DNA of 64,000 bases from the NCBI GenBank assembly GCA_010356995.1, contig ML996701.1, forward strand, positions 62,001-126,000, in the 5' to 3' direction. Origin of the DNA: Trichodelitschia bisporula. Taxonomy: Eukaryota. Shown in pieces: positions 24,134-36,980 of this stretch (its first letter is position 1; every line of letters starts with the position of its first letter). Below the pieces are notes generated by a model. That model saw only the letters and a program-made list of their open reading frames with translations, had not been told where the DNA came from and did no database searches. The position numbers and the translations under genes were made by a program.

Positions 24134-25745
24134 ATGCCCGTCGATTACTCCAAGTGGGTGAGTAGCAGCCTTCCCCTCACCACCCCGCTTTCGGTCACTA
24201 ACCCGCACAGGACAATCTCGAGCTCAGCGACGACTCCGACATCGAAGTGCACCCCAATGTCGACAAGCGCTCCTTCATCCGCGCAAAGCAGGCCCAGATT
24301 CACCAGCAGCGCGCACAGCGCAAGCACCAAATCACCACGCTAAAGTACGAACGCATCATCAACGATGGCCTGCTGCTGCGCATCGGCGGCTTGCTTACCG
24401 CGCTTAAGTCACACACGGGCATGGCGCAGTCACTCGAGGAGCTCGTGTTCCAGTCACTGATGGAGTCGGCTGGTGACCCGGCGGAGGATGCGCCCCCACC
24501 GCCGCCCGAGGGCGTGCATCAGAATGTCAAGGACCAGCCGACATACTCGAAGATGATGGCGGCGCTAGTTGATCAGGTCAAGAAGGCGGTGGATGAGTCT
24601 AAGACGGAGGACCGGCTTGGGGGCTTCATTAAAGAGGTTGAGGAGCATCAGCACCATGTGGAGGACCTACAGAAGCAACTACATGCAAAGCTTGACGAGC
24701 TGGAGAAGGAGGAGAAGCGCCACATCACGAGCGACGATCTACACACCGGCTTTGACTACTCAAAGGTGAGGGGGTGGTGCACCGGTGAAGGCAGCAAGGC
24801 TAACTGCTTTAGGTCGCCAAAGATCAAACCCCCGCCGCCTCCACTTCCAAATCTGGACCCAAGGCAACAGTCGAGCTGCTGAACCCAGGCGCAACAAGCA
24901 TGGATGGCGGGCAATCCTCCGGCGCTGACGCCGACATCGAAGACGGTCCCGACCCCGACGACGCAGATGACATCCGCGCGAGCAAGACGGCGAAGGAATT
25001 CTCGCGCATAAACGTGGGCGACTACAGCGCGTGTCTGGACTTCATCTCGAAGCACCCGGAGATTCTCACCGAAAAGGAGAGCGACGGCCTGCTCGTCGAA
25101 GCCTTCGACTGCCAGATGGATGGTAAAGACGTCTATGCGAAGCAGTGCGTGCACCAAGCGCTGCTGATCCAGTACTGCCGGCAATTGGGCAGAGACGGGG
25201 TGCGCCTGTTCTTCAAGCGCATTACGACGCGCGACCACCAGGCGAACAAGCTGTTCCGCGACGACGTCAACAACACCTACAACAAGATCCGCGAGCGGGC
25301 CCACGAGCTGGCTAAGCAGAAGGACGAGGAGGGCGAGGGCGTCGAGCAGATCCAGCTGCACGCTGTCGATCCGGATACCGAAATCAATATCACCGTCCCG
25401 CCGCCCATTCCTGAGGATCTATCCGCGCCATCTGACGGCCCGCCCCCGACCGAGGACCAAATCGCCGCGCGGCGTGTCTTCGAGAGCTTCCCGCCGGGTC
25501 TGCGGCGCGCGCTGGAGTCGGGCAGTCTGGACGAGGTGAACAAGGTGTTGGGGAAGATAAGCGTGGAGGAGGCGGAGGATGTGGTGCAGAAGTTGGGAGA
25601 GGGCGGGATGCTGAATCTGGAGAACAAGGTGATTGATGGGACGACGGATGAGGGCAAGGCGTTGATCGAGGAGATTGAGCGGACGAGGCAGATTCCCTCG
25701 ACGGAAGAGGAGGCTGGTCTGAGTGCGGATCCGCCGCTCGACTGA
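24134..25745 (+). CDS. CDC37: Hsp90 kinase co-chaperone Cdc37
   Basis: Exons 24134-24157, 24211-24765 and 24813-25745. N-terminal signature MPVDYSKWDNLELSDDSDIEVHPNVDKRSFIR; QCVHQALLIQYC; EQIQLHAVDP. Confidence 0.96.
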
Positions 25746-26672
25746 GTGATGGCGTTTAGGGACTTCTGCTCATCCGTTTACGGATTAGTCAAGGGAGGCG
25801 GGTAAAACATATTCGATCGATGCAACACAGAATGAGGTTGCTGGACTCTTCTTAGCTTTATGGTTATCCCGTGATGACAAGAGCTCTCGTTCAAAACATC
25901 CCGATGCCAAGCCCACATGAAACATGTGTCAATCGGCATGATTTCATCCCGCCGCAGCCTTACCCGTCAGAATGTCTCACCCCTTCCCGCCCGGAAACAC
26001 GACGACCCGAGAATAGCTCCATCTTACAAAGCCAACCCATCCCAATTGCCCCTCAACCACGAAGAAACTAAGCGCCATGATGCCATTCTCACCGTATCCT
26101 CCTCCCATCACCCTCATGCCTACATGCCATTCCAGTCCGCATCTACGAGTGCGCAACATCTCCCAAGCCGCTACCAGCGCAATTCCTCCCGACCAACCCC
26201 AGTCCGCGGCAGCATCAATTGCGCCGAAACCCGGCATCCTTGGCCCGCGTGGCTTCGGCGCGCCGGCTGCGGCACTTATCCCGAGGGGATTGGTGGGCGG
26301 GAAGGGGGCGAGGCGCGGATACGGGTTTCTGGGTGAGATTTGACTAGCGGGCTTCGGTTCCGAGGCGAGGCCTTGGCTGCAGGTGGGGATGGGGGGCAGG
26401 ATATGAGGATGTGGTGTCCCCGGTTTTTCTTTGCGAGAGGTTTCGACGTTTTGTTGTCTGTGTTTTGAGAGGGTTGAAGACTTGCGACTTTTACTTCTAT
26501 TGCGCTACTAGACTCCTACGTTACCTATTCTCCTCCTGGACAGCTTTAGATCTAGACTTTGTTTCCTACTCCAGCGCGCGAGGAGCGTCGGCTCGCGTTT
26601 TCCACCCTACTGCGTACGCCTTCCTAATACCGACCTAATTTCCTCCCCTTCACCAGCATCACCATCACCACC

Positions 26673-27787
26673 ATGTCCAACCTCGCCGCATCCCCCGACT
26701 GCTTCTCCAAAGACTACGCCACGCGCCGCGCCTGCCGCGAGGCCTGCACCCTCGAAACCTGCCCGCTGAAACTCTCCTACTGGGCCTACCAACCCTCTCA
26801 ACCCGCAAACGGCCTCTTCGCAGCCCTCTTCGGCCTTTCGCTCCTCGCCTCCGTGCTCCAGGGCCTCTTTGCGCGGCGATGGATCGGATTTACGGTCGCT
26901 ATGTGCTCGGGCAGCGTGCTCGAGCTGCTGGGTTACATAGGGCGGTACTTGAGCTACGATGATCCGTTCAACGAGGTGAGTTTTGCGCGCCCTGGGACGC
27001 GGGTGCGGCGTATGCGCGCGTTGCGGAACAAGCCGTCGCGCTGCACCCACCCCGATCCAGCAACCTCCGCACAGAAACATGTGCTAACGAAAGCCAGACC
27101 TGGTTCCTCCTCCAAATCATCACCCTAACCATCGCCCCCGCCTTTTATGCCGCGGGAATCTACTTCTGCCTCCGGCGCATAGTAACCACCTTCGGCGCCT
27201 CCAACTCCGTCATCCCCCCCGCCTGGTACCCGCGCATCTTCATCCCCTGCGACGTATTCTCCCTCCTGCTCCAAGCCGCAGGCGGCGGGCTGGCTAGCTC
27301 CGCGACGCACTCGGGCAAGAACCCAACGGCGGGGAATAATATCATGATTGCGGGTCTGTCGTTCCAGGTCGCCACGCTCGCGGTGTTCATAGCTCTGGCC
27401 TCGTTGTTTGGGGCGCGGACGTGGAAGCGTGTAAGGGCGATGGGGGAGGCGGCGCTGGATCCGGCGCATCGGGCGCTGAGGGAGAGTGTGAGGTTTCAGG
27501 GGTTTTTGACGGCGTTGGCGTTTGCGACGTTGTGTGTGTTTACGCGGAGTGTGTATCGCGTGGCGGAGCTGAGTGAGGGGTGGACGGGGCATTTGATTGA
27601 GACGCAGAGGTATTTTATTGGGCTGGAGGGGGCGGTGCTGGTGGTTGGGATTCTGGGGTTGAATGTTTTCCATCCTGGGTGGTGTTTCCGCGAGGATGTG
27701 GTTGCTGGGGCGGAGGGGACGAGATCGGTTAGTGAGAGTGAGAAGAGCGCGACTGTGGACGGGGAGGCGCTGAAGCATGGCGCGTGA
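26673..27787 (+). CDS. RTA1-like (lipid-translocating exporter family) 7-TM protein
   Basis: Exons 26673-26975 and 27098-27787. LELLGYIGR, LTIAPAFYAAGIY, FIPCDVFSLLLQAAGGG, IMIAGLSFQV, RSVYRVAELSEGW. Confidence 0.92.
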
Positions 27788-28409
27788 GCGTGAGGGAGCA
27801 CATGGGCGTTCAGGCACACTGTATCTAGGCAAGTTAGGGTAAACACACAACATGCAACGGCCCCCGGGGCCGAAATCCAGATTCCGGAATCCGGCCGCGT
27901 TGCGATTCCCCCCCTTCGGCACAAAGAGCGATCAACCTCGTGTTCGCGTCCCCGTTCCTGAGCGATCGTCCTTACCACGCGGTGTCTATATATCCACCCG
28001 CCACATCGGGCAGGTCGGCGGCACGTTTCACGAAGGCGTCAGGTAGGGCACGCGGCTGCCGGACACAAAGCGCAGGGGACCCGGTTGTCCAACATAGCGA
28101 ACGACAGGTATGGCAGGGTGCTATGGACAGGGCTCCCGGGGCCGATCCGCCCGTTTAGTCCGCTGCAAATATAGCCGCCGGAGCAAGGAAGTGGTTCGCC
28201 GCGCACCACGGGCAGGCGGGCTGGCCGACTCATGCTACGCCCCCGCCGATATTGTCGCACCACCACCCCCCCCCCCCCCCCCCCCGAAGGCTTGTCCCGC
28301 GGATGCGGGTCTCATAATGACGTTGGGCCCTGCGGGTGAGTTGTTCTTTGTTTCTTGCGTCTTGATCTGGTGAATTGCGGATGCTATGCTGACGCTCGAT
28401 GGGCGTGCC

Positions 28410-29135
28410 ATGCCGACGCCGACGCCGACGCTCGATGATGGACTTGAGGGGGATATTCCGACGAGTCGACCTGCGCCGTTTGAGGGAAGGTGGTGTGTGT
28501 CGGGGGGGACGCCGGCGTGCTTGAGTTTGACGACGACGGTGGTGATTGAGACGGGGAGGAGTACGGCGTGGGTGACGGTGTCGAGGGTTGCGAATAAGAG
28601 TAGGTGGTGAGGGACTGAGGAGGGGATAAGGCTAATATGGGCAGCATCATCGGTATCATCGGCTACGGAACACAGTACACTCCTCGTTCCGGTAGGGACG
28701 GCGACTTCGTCCCGGCTGCCGACAACTACAGTAACCGCCGCACCCAGCAACTCGATACAGGACGAACGGCACTTTCCGACTGCGTTGGTTATCGTACTTG
28801 CCTCACTGCTCGCGCTAGCGCTGTTGGTGCTGCTGTTTACGCTGTTCTACCGAAGGGGCATGTGCCCGGACAAATACCCGGATATCAGGACGTCGAACTG
28901 CGGGTGGTGGACGTGTGGGCTGGGCCGGGGGAGGGGAAAGGGAGAGGAGGTCAAAATACCCCCTATTGGAGGTGGAGAGGAGGTCGGATTGACGAGATGG
29001 GGGAGTAAAGCCAGGGAAGAGAGGGCGAAGCAATTGGCAGATTTTTATGCTCCGCATTTGAGGGATCTGGTGGAGAGGGAGGCGATGAGGGATCGGGGGG
29101 AAGGAGTCAGAGTCAGTGTCAGGATGAGGTATTGA
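28410..29135 (+). CDS. Hypothetical Ser/Thr-rich single-pass membrane protein (5' end uncertain)
   Basis: A candidate intron 28600-28644 (GTAGGT..GCTAAT..CAG) joins MPTPTPTL...VANK in frame to TSSVSSATEHS...ALVIVLASLLALALLVLLFTLFYRRG...; stop at 29135. An upstream GTGAGT donor near 28336 suggests a possible extra exon. Confidence 0.5.
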
Positions 29136-29952
29136 AGGGGTACGGGTAATGGGCTGATGGACGATAATGTCGTGGCTGTGGCATAGATTAGACGACTTGG
29201 GACGGGACGACCATCTACGACGATGCACTTGTGTAGCGTATCTTGTATCTTGTATCAGTATCTACTAGTTTGAGCGTGGGATGGGATGGCACGGAATGAA
29301 GGCGGAAACAAAGGCTGGCCGCACGCGGGTCGCAAGACGGACGTGCGGACGGGAACTAAACTTTGAGTAGGGCAGGGCATTCCGCATTCTGTACCATAGG
29401 ATAGAGTTTTGAACCTTGTGTTAATCGAGAGAAGGTGTCGGATGTTTGAGACGAATTTGTTTCGAGAATAGGATGTCCGTGTCGTGAGATTCGAGCATCG
29501 GGCGGATAAGACAAGCCGTTTTGAGCTTACGGCAGAAACGTAGTCGAGTGGTGTCAAATACTACTCCACGATGTCTGTAGCATGCTATATTTTCTGTAGA
29601 TAGTCGAGATTCTTGTTGAGTTGTTGAAGGCGAAGTCGTGATGTACAGCCCCGGATGGCGTTCCGCAGCTGAAGCGGCGGACCCGCGGGGTCTTGGCAAT
29701 GCACCCGCTCCCTATCCTCCAGTGCCTGTTGGGCCTCGCGCATGCAGCCCCGTACCATCTTCTCTTCTGTTCACCGGTTCAACTTCACTACTCCCTTGGT
29801 CAACTATAGTACTGCTATACATCCGCCTGGTCCACGTTACCAGTGAGAATTCTCGCGCTATAATGCCGCGTCCGTAGAGTACTCCCGCGTCAATCCACCG
29901 CTCAACTGATCCCCACCTCCAGCTCGGTAACATCTCGACCACCTCCGTAATC

Positions 29953-31975
29953 ATGTTCAGCCTCCAGTCCCTCGTCCAGAAAGCCCAGCAACTCATCGAC
30001 CCTGCCCTTCTCACCCCCACCGAGTCCAAGCCCTCCAAATCCTCGCTCTTCCGCCTCCAATTCCGCCTCCCAGACACCCAGAACCCGCTGCACGAGATCA
30101 CCGCCGAGCTCATCCTCTCCCCCCACTACACCCTCCGCAGCACCGAAGCCGCCTTCTCGGACAAGGACAAGGAACGCCTGCAGGGGAATCACTATGTTGG
30201 CAAGCTCCACCTCAGCGAGCAGTACATGTGCTTCTCCACCCAGGCATCTAGCTTCCTAAGCACCGCCAGCGCAAGCAACTCCACCTCCTTCACGGGCCAG
30301 ACCCACGGCACCGGCCCCGCGGGGAATGGCTTCACGCTCCCGCTGTGCGCGATCCGCCGCGTCGAGCGCCTCAACAGCCAGCACGCCCTCTTCGCGCTCG
30401 CCATCACCACGTCCAACGGTATCCTCGACCACGCAAAAGCGGGCCCTAAGGTCATGCCGCAGAAGTTCACGGTCCAGCTCGCGGGGAGCCGCCAGCAGTG
30501 TGAGCGCTTTTGCGATGCCCTTAAGCGCGGTCTGCGGGCTGGCATGAAGGACGTCGATAATCTGCGTAAGGTTATTAGTCAGTGCTACTCTGAGTATCAC
30601 CTCGCCGAGGACGGGAAGGACGCGCCTGCCCGCGAGGCCCCGGATACGGGTCTGGGGGCGGTGTTTAAGTACCCGGGTGATGCACGCAAGCTGCGTGACA
30701 AGGCTAAGATGCGGCTGTGGAAGGAGTATATGCGTGAGAACGGCCGCAATGCCACGCTCATCCGCCAGCCGACGTTTCACAAGCTAATTCGCGTTGGCTT
30801 GCCGAATCGGCTGCGCGGGGAGATGTGGGAGCTGAGCTCGGGGTCGTTCTACTTGCGCCTCCAGAACCCAGGCCAGTACACGGAGACGCTCTCTAAGCAC
30901 TCCGGCAAGGAATCGCTGGCCATTGACGAGATTGAGAAGGATCTGAACCGCAGCTTGCCCGAGTATCCTGGGTTCCAGAGCGAGGAGGGCATTGGCCGCT
31001 TACGGAGAGTGTTGACGGCGTACAGCTGGACCAATGCCGAGGTCGGGTACTGTCAGGCCATGAATATCGTGGTTGCGGCACTTCTCATGTGGGTTTTCGT
31101 GCTGCGAGCTGGTACAGCTGTTCGAGACTGACCATTTTAGCTACATGTCCGAGTCTCAGGCTTTCTACATTCTGTCCGTCCTCTGCGACAACCTCCTCCC
31201 GGGCTATTACTCCACAACCATGTACGGCACGCTGCTCGACCAGCGCGTATTCGAGTCACTGGTTGAGAAGACGATGCCCATCCTCTGGGACCACCTGCAC
31301 AAGTCCGACGTGCAACTCTCCGTCGTTTCACTCCCATGGTTCCTCTCGCTGTACATCAACTCCATGCCCCTCGTCTTTGCCTTCCGCGTCCTCGACGTCT
31401 TCTTCCTCGAAGGCCCAAAAGTGCTCTTCCAAATCGGCCTCGCCATCCTGCGCATCAACGGCGAAGAACTCCTCGACGCCGCCGACGACGGCAGTTTCAT
31501 CTCCGTGCTAAAAACCTACTTCAGCCGGCTCGACGAGTCCGCGCACCCCAAATCCGAAAACCCGAAGCTGCGCGCCGTGACCCGCTTTCAGGAACTCATG
31601 GTCGTCGCTTTCAAGGAATTCGCCGGCATAACCCATGACACTATCGTCAAGCAGCGCGCGCAGCACAAGGAGGCCGTGCTGGAGAATATCGAGAGCTTTG
31701 CCAAGCGCACGAGTATCCGTAATCTTGGGCCTGAGAGCAAGAAGCTCAGCCTCAATGACCTCGGCTTTTTGTACGACCGCTTCTATGGCGTGCTGTACGA
31801 GCGCCAGCAGCGCATGCAGATGATCCAGGCGGACTCCGAGCGGAGGGCCAAGGTCGGGCGCGGAAGGCTGGATATCCCCGGTGCGCCGACCGAGAATGCA
31901 GAAATAGGCCGCGTGGCCCTCAGCTCCAACACCACGGAAATGGACTACAACGCCTTCCGCGAGTTCCTCGTCGGT

Positions 31976-32013
<38 letters not shown>

Positions 32014-33294
32014 TGGACGTAGGCTAACCCCCCAGGCATCGCCAAATGGGCCATCGCAGACACGCAATCCCCCCCCCTAGAACCCGAACGCGGGTCCTAC
32101 TTCAGCAGCACGCGCACGCGCAACATCGCACTCTCGCCCTGGGGCTCCGGGCCCGATCCCGCAGACGACGAATTCATGCGCCGCCTTTTCCGGCGCTGGG
32201 ATGCGGATGGGGACATGCTCCTCACGCTGCAGGACGTAGTCGTGGGGTTCGCGCGGGTCCGCGCCGCAGGCAATATGATGGAGAACATTACTTACTTCTT
32301 TGAGCTGTATGATGACGATGGGGATGGACGTGTGGATCGGGATGGGATATTGAAGATGAGTGAAGCGTTGTTGTTTTTGGGGAGGAGGGGCGTGGAGGGT
32401 CCCGAGGTGGTGCCGGGGACGCCGTTGAGTCCGAGCCTGACGCCGGGGTTGCCGGATGAGAGGTTTTTGGGGGCAGTGAGTGCGTTTATTCGACGATGCT
32501 TTGAGTATGCGGATCCGGAGTACGCACATAACGCAGCTGGGACTTCCAACTCCGACTCCGCACCCCCGACCTCCGCGCTTCAGGACTTCAGCATCGGCGA
32601 CTCGGACGAGGATCTCCTCAACCTCGACCCCTCATCCCCCAAACGCCCCACCACAAAATCCACCCCCTCCACATCTTCCCTCTCAAAGTCAAACACCCAT
32701 TCCGCAAACGCAGCCCTCGACCCCGCCCACCCGCTCTCCCTCTCCCTCGGCACCTTCCGCATGGTCATCCTCGCCGACGAAGTCCTCGAGCACTTCTTCG
32801 ACACCGGACTCCCAGGGAGCTTCCAACTCGCCGACGGGCACGGGTCCAGCGCTAACTTAACCACGTTTAAGAACCTAGGCCGCAAGGTCGCGCCGCAGCA
32901 AGTCGTGGGTGGGGCGGGGGCGGGCGTTGTGCCCCCCGCGAAGGGGCTGAGGGGCATGCTGGACGGTATTGTGAGCGATGGGATGAGGGTTGCGAGCGAG
33001 GTGAGGAGGCGCATGGAGGATGCGCAAAGGGAATTGGATAAGGTGGCGCGGCCGGAGGAGGAGGAGGAGGAGGAGGAGGAGGAGGGACGGGCGGCGGATG
33101 CGAGGAGTGTGAGGGAGGGGGATAGGGAGTTGTTGGAGGGGGCAGAGGCGGAGGGGATTGATGGGGAGGGGGAGGGGAAGGGGGGTGGGGGTTTACTGAG
33201 TCCGACGAAGGGGCTTGCGAATGGCGAACGGCCCCGCGCGGTGAGCGAGGGGAGTGCGCTGGCGAATGGGGGGGTTGTGGAGTTTGAACGGTAG
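29953..33294 (+). CDS. GYP2: Rab GTPase-activating protein with GRAM, TBC and EF-hand domains (Gyp2/Mdr1)
   Basis: Introns 31089-31140 and 31974-32035. LIRVGLPNRLRGEMW, IEKDLNRS (R finger), GYCQAMN (Q finger), SLPWFLSLY, EF-hand FELYDDDGDGRVD. Confidence 0.93.
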
Positions 33295-33916
33295 TCCCAG
33301 AGGCCGGGTTTGTGGGAATGGGCGTTGGGTGTTCAGGGAGCAAGCGCGGGGTATGTACGCCGTATGTCTGAGGTCTTTGAGCGTTTCGTTGCCGTGTTGC
33401 GTGCTTCATGTGTTAGCCTTGCTCGAGGGTCGTTACCCGCTGCCCATCGCCGTTGCCGGAGCCGCTTCCGGTGCCATTTCCGATGTGGCTACCCGGCCCG
33501 CCGCATGCCCCTTGCCTAGCAACGCCCCGGTCCCTACGCCGAGTGTATGCACCCCACTTCGCGGGCCGCGTGAAACGTATGTGGGCACGGTGGGCCCGCC
33601 CGCGCGGGCGGAAATAAGCATGACGTCTACGATCGAGTACAGGCATCACGGGCGAGTGGAGGTGGGGCTATATCAGAACCAACGCTATATCACCCGTGTT
33701 AAGCGAGACTACGGTGGGGAGTTAAGATGGCTTTGGAATTAAGTGTTGGCAATCCGCCACTACCTAAGATCCTGTCGTGCTATTCACGTCCCGGTCGACC
33801 CTGAATGCTCCACGGAATCCCATCCCAAGCACGATCTCAGCCCCGCAAGACACACAGTAGCATATGCAAGCCGTAAACACATGCCTTTCACAATCCGGAC
33901 GCCGCTTTTCCCACGC

Positions 33917-34530
33917 TTAAGCAAACCGATCAACGACCACACGACCCTCGTCCAGACGCTTGGCCTCGGCGCGCAGAGCATCAGCGCGGAACCTCATGAA
34001 CGCCTTGCTGATGCGGTCGCTCGCGTCTGGGTCGCGGGTGATGGTGCGCCCCGCGACGAGACTACCGGTCAACGCTCCGGCCTCTCCGCCGACGAAGAGA
34101 CCACCGGCGCTGAAGAGGAAGTACGTCGCGACAGTGCCGATGCGCTGAGGCTTGAGGTAGGGCGAGAGATCCGGAAGAGGCTCTATAGTGGAGGAAAGGG
34201 GTTAGTTACGAGATAGATACGAAATTGGGGTAAAGTGTAAGGTAGCTTACCGACGCGGCCACCCGCAAAGGTGACGTGCGTAGGGTGCTCGGTAGACTTG
34301 AACGCAGTCCACATCGCCGTGCGCGCCGCGCGCACGCGCATCGCTGCGATGACGCCGAGGGAGAGGCCCAGCGCGGTGCCGATGAGAGCGTACGTGGTGA
34401 ACTCCCCCGCAGCCTTGTGCAGGATCGCCTGGTCCGATTCGCTCAGATCGTGCTGGAGGTGCGCCTCCGCAAGCTTCGCAAGCTCCGAGCCGCGATTCTT
34501 CCGGAAGTATGCAAGCGAATCGGACGACAT
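33917..34530 (-). CDS. Conserved fungal hypothetical two-TM membrane protein
   Basis: Exons 34530-34251 and 34182-33917 (GTAAGC..CTAAC..TAG). Translation MSSDSLAYFRKNRG...IGTALGLSLGVIAAMRVR...FAGGRVEPLPDLSPYLKP...FLFSAGGLFVGGEAG...FRADALRAEA. Confidence 0.8.
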
Positions 34531-36980
34531 CTTGAATGCTTGCAGTGCGCTTGTCGGCAGTGCGAAAGAGGGAGTTTGCGCGATTGGTGGGGAGTTTGGG
34601 GACAACGAAAAGGGGTGGAGATGAGGAGAGGGGTTGCGAGATTTGGAGTTGGAAGTTTGCGAGAATGAGGAGTGGAGGAGCAGCGGCGATGCTGTTGCTG
34701 GGATTCTCGCGCAGCCGACGGGGACCGAGGTTGCCAAGCTGGAGTCGTTGAATGGCAGAATTGGGCAGTTGAAGTGGAATTGGTGAAGCTCACGATGGTT
34801 ATGGGCGATCAAACACGCCGACAAACGTGTGTATGGCAGGTGCGACCGGGTGCGTTCGGCCTCGTGCGGAAGCTACCCGTACGTACGTCATGGAGGAAAT
34901 GGCGGGGAAGGCGCGGGGAGGTGACGCCACTGGTTCGCGGGGCACGCGACTTCCTCGTGATCTGGTCTGCGCCGCAGAAACATTGTTGCTGTTCCTGTGA
35001 GGGTTGGGACGGATCGTGAGTTCTTCTTGGGAGGTGAAGTTCGAGGTTTTGGCTCGCCATGGCTGTGATAGCCGGATGTTCCTCCGCTTCGCTGTGGCGC
35101 TAAGGATGCGGGCAGATGTGGCGGTCGCTGCTGCTTATCTCTCGCTTCCGATCGCCAACTCACGCTGACGGGTTCGAGTCCTCAAAGCTTCGAGATGACT
35201 GCAGCTCTGTTCGTGCCGAAGACCTTCCATTGGCCTTATATCGCTCACCCCCTTCACCTTCCCCAGGTTCAACCGCAAGTGGGTTACGGCGCATCATATC
35301 TCTCCGCCGTACATCCGTAGACGGACAACATGCCGCCCCGCCCTATCAAGCATCTTCCCTCCTCGCCAATTCCCAGCGTTACATTCCCAGCGGCACAAGA
35401 GTAGATAAGCTTCACAACACCTCGCTACCTCATACGCAGTCATCCACGCCCATCCAGACCCCGCATCACACCCGCGGGATGTCCTCCGTTGCATTCGTAC
35501 ATCCGTATTACGCCGCCTGTGGGATGTAGCGCGGGGTGCTCCCCTCCCACAAGAAGCACTCGCATGCCCTCCTCGTACCCCGCCATCCATCCCGCAGCGT
35601 GGGCGCAAAACGCAGCCCTCGTGCCCTCTATCCGCGGACGCCACGAACGCGGGGAACAAGCTCCTTTCGCATCTGCATTCTCATTCAACCTTCGCATCGC
35701 AGGCCCTCCGCTGCAGCGTTCGCCCTTTCGTCCTCGCGCCTCCGTTGTCCCTCCGCGGGCGCGGCTTGGCTGACGCAAGCCACAGCCGGTCGGGAAGGGC
35801 GGGGCACGACGCTTGGCCGGACGTGCATGAAAGGCCGGGTTGTTAACGCGATAGGGTAGCGCTAGCACTCGCGGCGCGGCGTGAATCTCCCGGGCTAGCA
35901 TCTTTTACCTGGTGCTTGGGAGCCGAGCCGGGGGGGGGCTATTAGCTAAGGGCGCGGGATGAGTGGGTTGGTCTTTTGGTCCTTGCCCGATGCTCATCTT
36001 CTGCCTTCAGCGCTAGAAGGAGATGATGAACGTCTGAACCCTTCCACGGTTCCCACTGATCAGCCGTGTCGGATGTTCCGATCCTTCTGTGTTTCTTCCT
36101 TCGGGCCGTCTTAGGAACACTGCGTTGGAGTGGCGGAAACTTGGCGCTGCCGGTATCACGAGGGTCTTTGTCCACCCCGCGCATAGCGAGTCGGTCACAA
36201 GTCAAGTCAAGTCAAGTGCGAACGAGGTGTACCGTACCAGGGCCCATCGTCATGATTGGCCCCATCCCTTAGCCCGCATACAGCCTCGCAGGTCCCCAGT
36301 CCAGTAACGGGACTTCATCGCTCCCGGGATCCCAATAGCATGCCTTCCTCAACGGCCCTCGCCAAAAAGAAAAGAAAAGCTACGCTTATCAGCGCCGGCC
36401 AGCACCGCCGCCCACACTCACTCCCTCCCATGCATGTACGGAACGCAAACACGGGCGCCAGAGAGAGAAGAAGCGGGCGCGGGACCATCGCCAAGCAGCA
36501 GCTTTTTGCGCGAGGCGGCGGATGGGATGACGGAGCGCCGGCCGCTACGGCGGTTGTCACCATTTCTCAACTTTTTGCAGGATAAATGTGGGGCTGGGCC
36601 CCCGCCCTAGGCACAGGACAAGAGGTCTGCCGTCCGGGGTCGATTATCATTGTCGGGCTAATTTTTTTCTTCAGCCTCGATTTTAACTTCATCTCCGACC
36701 TAACCTTTAAGGGCCTTAGGCGTAATTGCGAAAAAGAGGTAAAAAGATCGACTACGTGAACGGGTGGGCTGCTGGTGATCTTATCTCCTCGTCTTCCTCC
36801 TCCTCCTTCTCCTCCTCCTCCTCTCTTCATCCAACTTATTCCACTCCCTCGCCGTACATCCTTCGTCGGCGCATTGCAACTCCCACCCCGCGCATACCTT
36901 CATGAACACGCCTGGACGCGCCTAATCACCACCTCATCCCCCTCCGCTCCCCTCAGCCCAAACCCGTCCAACCCGCCATA

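Noticed and set aside
18745..27787. Monooxygenase, ABC transporter and RTA1 as a secondary-metabolite cluster
   Set aside because: No PKS, NRPS or terpene backbone gene; the ABC transporter is housekeeping mitochondrial Mdl1 and CDC37 lies in between.
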